Notes under the pieces: model-generated | Told to the model about the DNA's origin: nothing | The model's input: only the letters and a program-made list of their open reading frames with translations | The model's database searches: none | Made by a program: the position numbers and the translations under genes | Origin: Podarcis tiliguerta | Lineage: Eukaryota | Reading direction: 5' to 3' (one strand) | Length of the DNA stretch: 64,000 nucleotides | Assembly (NCBI GenBank): GCA_965153285.1 | Contig: OZ229111.1 | Shown here: one piece after another, positions 1 through 13,781 of the stretch | How positions within the stretch are numbered: position 1 is the first letter of the stretch | Layout: every line of letters begins with the position of its first letter

Positions 1-1457
1 TGAAGTGCAGTGGATTCCTTTCTTTTTAAACAGACCTTTCTTTTATTTCCCACTCGTTTCCTAGGCCCTTGTGTTATACAGGCCTGACATGGACAATCTG
101 TTTTCAAATTAGTCCAGAAAAAAGCCTGTCTGGCATCCATGACCCTGCTTGCTTCAGTTTCTCAATAAATCATAGTCTTATAAAGATTCATTTTTATACA
201 TACCCCCTAAAGCAATCCAGAGCCGTTATCTCCTTTACATACATGGAGAGCTCAAGTCCACATATGCTCATAAATGATGGTTATATGGTGACACTCTGGT
301 AAATCATGAAATGAAGTTCTGGTCTTCTGAGCCACAAAACGGCTTGTCTATTTAATTTTTCATTCCTTTACTCGGTCCAAATTATGTACAAGTCAGCACA
401 AATCTGGTATCACTTGTATGTTTATTCTGACTCCTGGCATCAACTCCTTTTCTAACTTTCCAGGGCCTCACTGACCCGGACAAGAAAAATATTCTGTCTG
501 GGTTCATTTTAATGTTAAGATGTCACTAAAGTCACAAAGTCCTTCAGAAACTGAATAAAATTCTCAAATTACAAATTTGTTTAAAACATTTTAAGAGTTT
601 TAAAGAATACATTTTATTTCTTAGCTGCTGGGTATCATTTAATGGTAACCCTGAGTGTGAGAAATCCTCCTTCACTGCTAATGGAAGATGAAGTTAACCC
701 TTCATAATGAATACACACAACGCTCTCAAAAGAGGATTAGGGAGGCAAAGTTTGAGGATACCATGAGAGTCAAATACGGTAGTCTATCCTCTTTATATCT
801 CTTTTCCAGTCATCTGGGGCCATGCAGGGTTCCCTGAAGTTTCCAATATAAAACACCACATATAAAATCCTGAGTTTTCATCAATGTTCTAAGATGGAGT
901 CATCAATGAACCATAACAGGAAATTATCAATAGCAAAATAATAGTAAGGATGTTGATTACTTTGCTTACCTCTGATGACTGCTTGGTGGACTGTATGCAC
1001 ACAGAAAAAATTGTATTAATGTACATGTACAAGGAATTTATTGGAATGCTCTTTTGTGCACTGGGCAATCATTCCATTTCCTTCCGGGGCTGTGCCAATT
1101 TTTCTGATCTTATCAAAGTTTGCTTTTTTCATGAATTCTGAGGAAAATTTCAACCAGGATTCTATGATTTTCTTCTAAATCAGCCTCCAACAATCCTGCC
1201 CACTTGTACTACTATTGTTAACACTTTGCCTTCCCAAATCAGCAGGAGCTCCACTATAATCTTCTTACATAAGAGCATAAGCAGAGACCTGAAGGAATAT
1301 AGGGAGGAATTCAACACTGTGCTTTTCTGACCATCCATCAGTGCAAGCGCTTATGCTTTCCAGATGAAATTATTCCCCCCTCTCCTCCCCCCATGTGGTG
1401 CTCTGAGGGTTCTCCTGACCTGCCTCCCCAGAGCAGATTGGGGGAAAGCGTGGAGGG

Positions 1458-1472
1458 ATGATGATGATGATA

Positions 1473-1503
<31 letters not shown>

Positions 1504-1510
1504 TAAATAA
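1458..1510. repeat. (GAT/AAT)n microsatellite
   Basis: gatgatgatgatgataataatgataat...aataataa. Confidence 0.9.
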
Positions 1511-1518
1511 TCAAAAAA

Positions 1519-1607
1519 TTATTTATACCCTGCCAATCTGGCTTGGCTTCCCCAGGCACTCTGGGTGGCTTCCAACCAAATATTAAAAATACAATAAAAC
1601 ATCAAAC
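1519..1607 (-). mobile_element. LINE (L2-like) 3' end fragment
   Basis: ttatttataccctgccaatctggc...ctctgggtggcttccaac...aaaatacaataaaacatcaaac, next to an (AAT)n tract. Confidence 0.5.
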
Positions 1608-2489
1608 AGGAGAGGAGGGAAGCCTCATTGCACTAGCAGAATCCCTTATGCTGCTTTCTCCTAGTATGCCAGGTTAGTTAAGTCCAGGCCAGACCAATGT
1701 TCCATTTAGTCTACCATCCTAAAGCGTTTTCTACTTAGGCCAGATGCTACCAGAATGCCCATAAGAAGGGCTTGAAGGCAACAGCTCTTTGCCTGGCAAT
1801 TTGTACTTGGTGGCTCACCACCACTGAACCTGGAGATTTATTTTAGTTACGATGGCCAATAGCCATTTATTTATCCTCCATGAATTTCTGTAGTCTTCTA
1901 AAGCCATGTTTATATCTGACATACTTTTATACCCCTTCTCAGGCTAGCTTACTGGAGCAAACCCATGTTACCCACTCTAGACACCAATGCACAGCTGTTC
2001 CATACAATCTGGATTGCAGTATGAGCCAGTTGTGTGTTAGCAACCGATAGATCACTGGTGGTTAGTGTGATTGTTGTGCCTGCAGCTGCACAGGTTTGGG
2101 AACAGTATGCTTTCACATCCTTCATTTTGCGTCTTACTTTGTGTTGTAACAATTGCTGCAGAGAGTGGAGGTATGTTGTTTCTAACATCTCCTTTTTTGT
2201 GCCTCCACAATGTGGAGGACTGTGGAAGAACATTCAAAATTACTGGGATCAGCAGAGCTTCTGTTTAAATTATCAACCAGTCGATTCCTCAGTCTCTACC
2301 ACTTTTGGCCAGTTCTAGTAGCTCTGTCTAGTCCCACCAAAGCTTGATTTTTGCTCATAGAAAGGATCCTGATCCTTCCAATCACATATATGACATAAAT
2401 CCTGATCATGTCTGATCCCTGGAAAGTTCCTAAGAGCTGCCTGGAATATTTCATTTTTGCTTCTCTAAATTCCACTAGAATTCCAATAA

Positions 2490-2605
2490 TGTAGCCAGTG
2501 TGGTGCCCTTCAGATATTTGTTGGACTACAGCTCCCATCATCCCTGACCATTGGCCATGCTGACTGTTCAACAGCATCTAGAAGACACAGTATTGGCTAC
2601 CCCTG
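2490..2605. mobile_element. Degenerate hAT MITE (gactacagctcccatcatccct family)
   Basis: Shares its core with the 3786, 20235 and 46220 copies. Confidence 0.6.
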
Positions 2606-2869
2606 CAGCAAGATACAGGCTTAGAATTTGTTGAGGAAAGTAGAGTCTGCCTTCTATCTTGGGCTCCTTGAGACAACTGGTATCCTGGACCCTATAATGG
2701 ATAATGAAGGAGAATGCCTGCTCCAATTTTATCAACAAAATTGTGCAGTACCAAGCTACACTGGAGTGATGAGATGGGAGGTTCAGCAGTTTATTCTCCA
2801 TTACCAAAACCCCCCTCTTCTTTGGAGCAGAACTGTGAGAGGCCTGAATTTGGTGCTGGGCCAAAGAGA

Positions 2870-3480
2870 CAGACCAGGGATGGTGTTATTTTGCCACTCC
2901 CCTGCTGCCCAGCAGCCTCCCTGACTGGGCTGGCCAATGTGGTCATTGATGACTTCAACATTAGGATTGCCATATTTCAACAAGTGGAAATCCGGACTGG
3001 GTTTTCCCTGACATTTTAACAGGTTTCCGAAAATTCTGCCCAGATGCCATTTTTGAAGGGCAAATCCTGACTATGTCCAGGAAATTCCTATAACATCCAT
3101 GCTGAGGATGCCTTGGGTCTAGCTCAGGATTTTGTGGTCTTCATGGCAACCATGGGACTGTCTCCAATAGTCATAAGTCTAACACACAGCAGGACATACC
3201 CTTTCCTCCAAATTGGGAGGGAGATTGTCTGGAAGTGGAGTGGATATTATGCCATTGCCATGATCCAGCCACTATCTAGTGAAGTTTCGTCTTGCAGCAA
3301 GTATTCCCGTCTGCAATGATGAGGGACCATATGATCTGTCCTCAGAGGTTGGTGGATCCTGATTGATTTTTTATGGCTCTGGGGGATTTGCCAATGGATA
3401 GAGCATTGCTTCACTGTGGAATGGTTGGAAGACTTGGGTCAACATGATCACTCCCAACACCTTCCCATTCCCTGGCGATG
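2870..3480 (+). mobile_element. Degenerate L2-clade LINE fragment (endonuclease region), interrupted by a DNA-transposon remnant at 2962-3090
   Basis: PCCPAASLTGLA...DDFNI | HAEDALGLAQDF..MATMGLS...LTH resembles the APE-endonuclease GDFNIH...MGLSQ..PTH motifs. Confidence 0.65.
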
Positions 3481-3785
3481 TACAGATTTTAACTGTTAAA
3501 AAACTTGTAGACAGTGTTGCAGAGCTGTATACGTCAGTTTTTGTGCTTCACCACGGTCCCTAGTAAAACCAGCTTTGCAGGTTTTGAAAGCACTTTAAAA
3601 TGTATCCTAAAATAATAAAGATAACCATAACAACACCCGCAACAATAAGTAATAATAATAATAATAATAATGAAAAAAAGATGACTAATGGTTAAAAAGA
3701 TGACTATGGTTAAAAAGGAATAAAAGGGCAATATACTTTAGCGGTAAAATTGACTAGACCAAAAACTTTGCAACATGGTCTAGTT

Positions 3786-3921
3786 CAGGCATAGGCAAGC
3801 TCGGCCCTACAGATGTTTTGGGACTACAACTCCCATCATCCCTAGCTAACAGGACCAGTGGTCAGGGATGGTGGGAATTGTAGTTTCAAAACATCTGGAG
3901 GGCCAAGTTTGCCTATGCCTA
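3786..3921. mobile_element. hAT (Charlie-like) MITE
   Basis: TIRs CAGGCATAGGCAAGCT / AGTTTGCCTATGCCTA, palindromic body, 8-bp TSD GTCTAGTT / GTCTAGCT. Confidence 0.85.
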
Positions 3922-5184
3922 GTCTAGCTGAATTCACCATTTGGGATTTGAATGGGATGTAGGGGAAATTGCTGTAAGAAACAGGAAAAATTGACTCCCA
4001 CTCTGCTTCTCTTCATGGTATTTGTATAGTTGTAAAGATACCGGTTTTGGATCAGGACTAGCGGCATAGTAAAGGAAAAGACACTCATTTTGTTCCATAT
4101 AAATAACTGGACACACCCAGAGAGAGCAAAGCGAAGGACTACTTCCAGCGTCTTAAATAGTGGCATATTTTATTTTTGAAGAAGACAATGTGATTTGAAA
4201 AGCTATCTAATTGGGGATATAATCTGCATGTAATAGCAGTGGGGTCAGAGTTCATGATTTGTTCTGTATTCATAAAGCTCTAGGGGTCCAGTACTTGAAG
4301 TCCCTAGTTTTTAGCACTCGAATTGACTTTTTCCCCTTACGTGGCCCTGCAGAGCTGCTGCTAGTCAGTGTTGGACTGTCTCTGTTTAAGGCAGCACCTT
4401 ATACATCAGCATTGACATCAACAGCTGCAAGTTACGTAACTGCTAGGGTAAAAGAAGGTAGTGAGATAAGGATATGTGTATTTATGAATATAGTACACAG
4501 TAATTATGAGTTGGAGCAAAGGAATAGAAACATGGGAGGATTTACAGATAGATAAATAGGCTGACTGATGTGGGAGTGAACTGGATAGGCAATGCATTTA
4601 TGGTCATGATAGGTCAAGACTTTCTTAGGGGGGAAAAGGTATTCTGGGATATTTTTCTTTTCAAACTCTTGCTCTTTTCCTTTCTCCCTTTTCTGCTTGC
4701 TCTCCCTGATCCTACCTTTCCCCCAACCCCACCTTCCTCCCCGCCAAACTGCTTTGAGCCAGCAACCCAACCCCCTTTTGTGTTTTGTTCCTTTGTCGTC
4801 CTTTCTGGTTGGTTTTGATTTCTGACTTTTCTTCTGAAGGGCAATGTCGCCAGCACAAAATTAAAAACAACAGCAAAAAAACCCTCCAAAAACTGTAAAC
4901 CTCAAACCGATCAGACGAAAAAAGAAATGAAAAAGTACAACTACCACCACCAAACCCAACACGCTCTCTGCCTTGAAATGATTCCAAAGCGGGAGGGGCT
5001 GGTGTTTGTTGGGCTGGTGGGGGGAGGGGAGGGGAGATTTGCAGTTTAAGAAAGAAAGAAAAAATGGTTTCTTTAGGGTGCGGGGAGAAACAAAAGCAAT
5101 TTAATCTCTTTTCTCTTTTTTTTCCTTCTTGCACCTTTTTTTTTCAATATATTTTTCTTCTCTCCCTTCCGATGCATAAAGTAG

Positions 5185-5199
5185 AAGTGGAACAGAAAG
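5185..5199 (+). CDS. ADGRL1: ADGRL1 15-nt microexon (splice site A, KVEQK) between the lectin and olfactomedin domains
   Basis: tag|AAGTGGAACAGAAAG|gtaaac. Phase 1-1, reading (A)AA GTG GAA CAG AAA G = KVEQK, and joins in frame to VFVCPG at 12973. A long polypyrimidine tract and a TGC motif lie upstream. Confidence 0.93.
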
Positions 5200-8100
5200 G
5201 TAAACAACAACATTACCACTGACCCCACCCCTAACCCAGCACCTTGTTTTTTTCTCTGTGGCCATATTTAATGTGACCTTCCTTTACCTTTTCTCCTCAA
5301 TCCTCCTCCTCCTCCTAACCTCCCACCTCCCCTCCCCTTGGTTTCCCCACCTCTTCTCTCTTTGGTCTCACTAATTCCAATTGGCATCCCCCTCCCTGTC
5401 CAGAAACAAAGCTTCCAATAACGAAACAGCACTCAGCAAATAAAGCATATAAAGTAACCCATCTAACAACTGCCCTTCCAAACCTTTTCCATTTCTCCTT
5501 GCTCACATGTGGAGTGGAAGCACCATTAATGTCTGGGTCCTCTCTCTGGTTTTGCTTCCTTCAGGGGAAATACACTTTTTCCAACCCGTTCTCTGCGTCT
5601 TTTATCATTCAACTGATTCTCTCTGCTCCTTTCTTCGTGTTTCCATGGCAACCAACTGGGTACCTTGGCCTACCTCAACCACAACTTCTCTCTTTCTTTT
5701 TCTTTTTCTTTTTTTTCTAATCCCAATTCCTGATTTTTAAAAAACAAATGCTTGAAATTTTATGGGATTTACATATAAAAATTTGCCACAGTACAGAAGA
5801 ACAACGGGGAGGGTGTGTTTTTATTTTTTTTAAAAAAATATTTTATTTTGGGCACTTTCAAATGATACTTCCAGGCCTTCCTCCACATTTTTCGAGATTG
5901 TTACATACTTAGAACTTTGTTTTAATTTTTATCAAGGCGCCATTCTGGCTTTAAGCAGCCTGTAAGATTGCAGTGGGAATGTACATCTTAGATCCCATAC
6001 ACTGCAGTCAGTGGGGCTCCCCTCCCCCGCCACTCCCACAGCTATGTGTTCAGGATCAGGATGTAAGGCACAGAACAAAACACGTTTTTTCTCAGTTATT
6101 GAATAGAGCAGGGGTCCTCTTTTGAGCCTCTCACCATATTTAATACATTATTGTTTGTGGACTCACTTTTATGTGAGGAACATTCAATTGCACATGCTGA
6201 GTGGTGCCACTTTTAACCAGGGTAGCTTTGTTATCTTCTACTGTCTGAAAATCAAAGTGAAACAAATGTGTGGATAAAACTGAGCATCAGTTATTCCACT
6301 TGTGATCCATCTTTTAGTGGGAATTTTACCCTAAGCTTAGGCAGTTCTTTGGAGAGAATCCCCCAGCTATTTTTTTCAATTGAGTCATTCCACACACACC
6401 CAACCTCCAAGTAATGTTCTGACATGTCTTGAAGGGCCTATTTCTCTTTTCTTAACTCTTTTCCTCTGCTCTACTATCATGATAATGTGAGAATCAGATA
6501 AACCCATAGAAAATAACATTTTCTAGAATACATATACATTAATTATACCAATATACTAACCACTTTGATGTGGGAATTTTTAATTTTCTTGCTTACTGTT
6601 TCTTTTTCTTTCTTTTCTTTTTAAATTCCTGATCAATCCTGGGTGATTTTATTTGTGGATCTTTCCCCCCTTTTCTGCCTGTTTTGGTTTTTTTTTTAAA
6701 GAAAGCTGCAGTCATGATCATTGACTATCTGTCTGTTATTGGGGGAAGATGGGGGTGGTGCATGAAAGAAGTGGGGGTCAGTCAATGTATTTTTAATTTG
6801 AATGTCTTGGCTAGATCTGGAGGTTATATACCTAATGTAAGTATCAGGACTCACAACTGCAATGAGCCTGTCTTAACAAGGGACAAGCTGTCAGGTTAGC
6901 GCTAGGAATCGAGCAAATTAATTAATTTCAAAGTAGTAAAACTCAAAAGCCAGGCTTGATTCCACCCAACCCATGTCTCTCTCTTTTTCTTTCTTTCGCT
7001 CTCTCTCTCTCTTTCTCTCTGTTTAGTTTGTTCTAAAAGCACTGTTGATTTTTTTTTCCTGCATTGGTTTGGAATTTTTTCCCAAGATTGGGGATGGAGG
7101 CATATACTTATACTTTTCTTTTCCACAGGTTTCCATGGTTTTGGATGTGGATTTTTACTGATTGTTTCCTTCTCTGTTTCTGACATCTTCTCCCCCAACC
7201 CCAGAGCACAGTTGCCCCCATCCCGACTTAGAAGGCTGAGTCGACACTGCCCCATCCATGAGGGATCGGAACCAGTTAACGCTTTGTGCTGTCCCCCCCT
7301 CGCCAGCGCTTCATTCTTTAATGGTGTGTTTCTCCTCCCCGCTGCCAGGAGTCATCCATCCCACCCCACCAACCCAGATGGGAAGCTGGGCTGAGCCGAA
7401 CCTGTGAGACTCCATGAAGCTGCTTTGTAGCGACATTGTCAGGCAAGGTGTTCAGAGCAGGCAGGTGATAGGCAGGATTAGAAATCTGAAATCTCTTGGA
7501 TTTTGCTCCCATCCAGCTGCCCATCTGTGTCCTCAGTTCGTCATACGTAGGCAAGAGAGGGTGGCATGTACATAAAAATAGCACAGAGGTGTATTTGTGC
7601 AATGTAAACCATAGAGACACACAAATCACACAGCAGTAACAGTCACCCAAGGAACTGAAAGTAATGCATAGAAAACTCCACATGAACACAGCCATATTGA
7701 TAGCTCTACATTCAGAAAAAGATAGAGATATATGATTAAACACATGCACTTGATAGCACAAACACAGATGCATTTAACACACATTCAGGAGCAAACAAAT
7801 GCCATCTACACACATACAAATCCATAAGACAACACTAGCCACCTTGAGTGCTTCAGCAGTCTGGTAGATAGTACCATTTAAAACAAAGTTGACATGCTCC
7901 TGAAAGCATATGCAGAATTAGGAATGTGGATCCATCTCCATGAGCACATCCTGGGTGTGCACTGACTAGGCCTTCACCCTTTGGCAACTCTACATGCAGC
8001 CTCTGGGCACATGCATTGAATTATGGCAAACATTGCTGTTTCCATTCTGGAGACTTCCTCTCTCTTGCCAAGCCACTGCTGTCCTTAACTGGTCCTAAGA

Positions 8101-8387
8101 GTACACTTTGAGGAAGCTAATCAGAGAGTGGCTCCAGACAGCCTATTCACTCTAATGCTGCTCCTTCCCAACCAAAGCAATAGACAGCTTGACCTTGAGA
8201 GAGAAATGAGAAAACTCTTCAATTCATGGCACAGTACTTAGGTGAACTACATCTAGGTTACTGGGATGGTGGTTGCATCCCCTGCATTTTCCACTATAGA
8301 TAGAGAAGCCTGTGAGACTAGATAGAAAAGAACCATAGAGGGCTTTAGGAAGTGAAAGAATAAGCTGACAAACCATGATTCTAGATT

Positions 8388-8595
8388 CAGGTAGGTAGCC
8401 ATGTTGGTCTGATGCAGTCAAAATAAATAAATAAAAATTTAAAAGTTGTCCAGTGGCACCTTAGAGACCAACTAAGTTTGTTCTGGGTATAAGCTTTCGT
8501 GTGCATGCACACTTCTTCAGATACCCAGCTTATACCCAGAACAAACTTAGTTGGTCTCTAAGGTGCTACTGGACAATTTTTTGTTATTTTTTTTA
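8388..8595. mobile_element. Penelope-like element remnant with internal inverted repeat
   Basis: Starts caggtaggtagccatgttggtct. It has a ~50-bp inverted repeat (ccagtggcaccttagagaccaactaagtttgttctgggtataagct and its complement). Flanking direct repeat ctg(a/t)caaaccatga. Confidence 0.7.
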
Positions 8596-11500
8596 CTGTC
8601 AAACCATGACTGCCGGAGCTCACAGGTTCAGGCTCCACACCCTGGCTTGATGATGATGACTTTTTCAGTTCCGAGCTGTTTCCCTGAAGCATGACCATCA
8701 ATTTGCAGGGAGAATTGGATGGGTATGGGCATGATATAAGATGGGTCCCTGGCCATGTGGCAGCTTTGATCCCCTGGGAAATAGGGAGGGGAGCTCTACT
8801 GACCTGGGGATTCAAACACTTCCTCTTCCCAGTAAGGAAAAGGAATGACCTTCCTTTCTGAAGGAAAAGAAATGAAGGGTCATGATAAGAGAGTGATAAA
8901 GTTAGCAGGCCAGCCACTTTGACCAACTTGGTCAAATCCTCTCTTTTCCCAGCATTGATCTGGAGGTTCCTTCACACCCGTGGGCAGCTTGTTCAACAGT
9001 ACTGTATTTCACTCCAGCCATAGACCATCTTCTGGCCTCAGGTGCCACAAAAGGCAAAAACTTTGCCCTGTTATTGGCTTGTGGGATGTGGCCTTTGGAA
9101 AGGTGCAGAAATGGGGGGGGGGGGGATGTTGTGTGTGAGGGAGGATACAGGTGTCACAAACATGAAAGTGACATGTGCATCCAGCCACTGTGAAGTGACA
9201 CTGGCACAGTCTTAAGAACTAGGGCTTGAGACCGGTGCCAATAAAAATAAAATCTTTGAGACGGCCACTTAGTGAGCCTTGAACGCTTTTTATTTTGAAT
9301 TGAAAGAGACTCACTATGACAAAGTTTGAGAACTATGGACTAGACAGAGATAAATAGCTAACACAAGGGACACCTTGCAGCACTACAAAATCCAACTGCT
9401 CCACATTAAGCTGTTCTTGTCTGATGAGTCACACCAGAAAACACTACAGGGATCTTTAACAGACCTTGTCATTAACATTTAGGCTAGGCAGCTCCCCTTC
9501 CCCCTGACTCGCTGTCATTCACTAGTGAACCCATCCATCACTTTACATCCCTCTGCACCACAGACCATATCAGATAGCCGTACTGTTTTATGCAAGGGGA
9601 CTAAATAGATGATCTCTGCACACCTAGTATACTAGGATTGATAAGCTCTCTTTCTTCCTAATTAAGGGGGGAAAGACAAGTAATTTACAACCCGTCCTCC
9701 TTGGCCTATTTCATCCATGCATTCTTTAAAACAAGTTAAAGGAGGGAAGGCTAGGCAGCTCCTTGCGTTACGGCCCCATAGTGGAACATATGAGGACAAA
9801 AAAAAAGACCTCCAAGCTTTTCAAAGGTTAGGGTTTTTATCAGATATTCAGTTTAGATCTGTAAGCTGCACCACTAAAATTGTAATGTGTAATGCAAGCC
9901 TCAAAGGACTTCTGTCTCTCTGAGCCAGGATTCCTGAGTTCTCCCTCTAGGTCTCAAGAGGACAAATAATGTCCATTAGTTAGAAGGTGTTGGGAAGCAA
10001 AGAACTCCTGGCTTCTAGACCAACAGTTGTCCATCTCTATGAATCATCTCTTATCCCTTCCATGTGCCAGTACTCCCCCATCACCACGAAAGTTAGAATG
10101 TAGAATTTTCCAACAATGACAATGATAATAAATCAGTTGTTTATTATTGCTAAGAAGGATGCAACATGCCATCTCCATGGAGACCAAAACACTGTGAATA
10201 AGAGTGAACTCCTCAGGTTGCTGACTCAGCCCTGCTTTCTCCCTCTGAGGTTACCCAAGGACTGTGACCATTGGAAACAATGGGAGCAATCTAGCATACA
10301 CTTAAGCCCACATAAATCCCACTGGTTTCTATGGGACTTAAGCTTGCTTAACTGTAGTGTAGATTGTGCCAGAGTCATGAGACCCAAGTTTGCCTTGTCC
10401 TCTCCCTTCACTTAAGCAAAAGTGGATGAGAAACACATCTCTGGCCACTTGTACTGGTATGGCAGCATAAAGGTTCTGTCTGGATCTGGGAGAGCAGGGG
10501 GGGTTATTAATAAATGCTCCGTGGGGGCTTGGCATTGCAAAAAGTGCTGTTCTCCTCCCCCATGGCTGGTGCCAGACAATTCCCATCCTCCCGATTTGCC
10601 ATTAATTTTGGAACCCTTGGCACACCTCATCCACTTCCAGGTGTGTTGTGACAGGGTTTGATGGTACTGACCCCAGCCCAAGGGAGCAGTCTCTAAATTA
10701 TGCCCATCCCCAATAAGCTTCAGTGCAAGCTGTGTCCAGAGTCATGTGGCACATCATAGCAACTGTGCGTTATTTAGTAAAGCCAGAGCAGAGAATTCAC
10801 TTCTGCATTCACAGAATATCCCAGACATTCTGGAGTTGATACAAGGCCCAAGTAAAACCCTGCTGACACTTGGGTGCGAAGTATATTTGATCCCACACGC
10901 AGAAGCAGTAAGCCAGCCCCCAGCAGAAACTGGGTTGCTTGGGATCAGGTTCCACCCCACCCCGCTGGCCCTTGTACTGTGACAGCAAACCCAATTTACT
11001 GACCTCTATATCACGAGGTGTGGTTAACAAGCACACTGTGCAGCCTTTTAAAGCCCACAGCCTGGATTTAGTGTGATGGCTCCTATGGCTCCTCTATGGC
11101 CGCTCAGTGACACTGTTCTGTAATAGACAAGGTGAATTCTCTGCTATGATGCTGCTCTCCTCACCCCACCCCACCTGCTCCTTCCACCACTAAATGCTTT
11201 TTTTCTCCCAGCCTTGCTCCAGCTAACCGGAGGCAGACACTTGCAGAATGCCTAGCCTGATTTGTTCTTCCTTTCAAACTTTTTCCTCCCGGCTTTTCCC
11301 AAGTTCCAGGCTGCCAACTGGGTGGTTGTGGGTGGAAGGGAGGGCTTTCCTTTCCCATCTGCCCAGGTCTCCCTCCCACTGTCACATCACTCCTTCCACC
11401 CCCTGCCATGTGCACTAGTCTCATGTCCTTTGCTGATGTGAATCAAACCTGGCTGATAAGTTGCTCCAGTGGCACTCAGGATATGGGGGAAGCAGAAGCT

Positions 11501-12635
11501 GTTGGTTACTTCATCCTTCTGCTACAATACCTTTAGTTCTTCTTTTCAGAAGGGATCCAGTCCCTCAGCTAATCTACAGCTCTCTGTCCCCAGGGATTGA
11601 AAAATAGTCTCTTTCAGCAGGAAGAGGAAACACCCATTCTTTCATATTCAGGGGGATTTTAACTGGCCAAACATTGGATCTTTCTTATGCTTGTTTTTCA
11701 TTCCCCAACGTCCCGTTGAACAGTGTTTTGATATCAGTAGAGGAAATTTAGGGCTGGAAGCCCCTCACCTTTTCCAACCCCCTCCCCATGGGAAGGCATT
11801 CCCACGAAGCTGTTCTAAAGTTGCAAAAAAAAAAATCTAATCCATTCCATGAAAGTTGGAAGGGTTGAAACAGCTATTTCAAGAACACTTTAAGTTTCTA
11901 AAATTGAATTAGAAATCCCTGAGAGAAATTAGAACTATAAGAGTCAGATGCAAAAATAGGGACCAATTTCCATCTGTCTCAGTGCTAACACAACTGGAAT
12001 TTAAGTGTTGCATGGCGGCTGGCATAAATTAGCCTTGATCCATAGTGAAACAGTAATTCCCTTTGAACAAGGAACAGGATAGCTTTTGGATCATCTTACC
12101 AGCCTTAAAGGTACTCCTTTGCAGCTCCAAAGGAGCTCCATAGGACAAGCAACCTCAGCTGCTTCTAGATCAAGTGGAACAGAAACTCTGTAGGAGTCCA
12201 GTTGGTAAACAACAAACATGTCCCTCCTCTAGAGAGACTCATAGAATACTTGGCTCCACCAGGCCCTCAGACCAGATAAGCATACACTACTCAATGGATC
12301 CCATAGGGCAAACAGCCTCACAGCTCCATACTGAGCTCTTCATTTTTAAAAATCTGATTTCCATAGCGTTAGGTGGTATTGCCCCATTTGCTCCAATGTA
12401 GAGCATCTGATTTAGATCATGCAGGGTTTAGCTGGTGCCAACTGCTTTCCCATAGCTGTTAAACTGTTGCTGTATTGACTTCTAGAAGGTGATGCAGAAC
12501 ATGCAACCAGAGTAGGAGCTAGAATTGTCAGTTCAGCAACACTCCTGCTCAGATTCATGGGTTTCCCAGATGCTGCCACTCAGATCTCTGCAGGGAAACA
12601 ATCTGACATCCTCTGCTTAATGCTAGAGAATGTAG

Positions 12636-13781
<1,146 letters not shown>

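Noticed and set aside
4821-4898. Acceptor-like ctgacttttcttctgaag followed by RQCRQHKIKNNSKKTLQKL*, plus possible local RNA pairing
   Set aside because: Low-complexity T-rich and A-rich context, an AAG acceptor and no convincing donor. It cannot be distinguished from chance.
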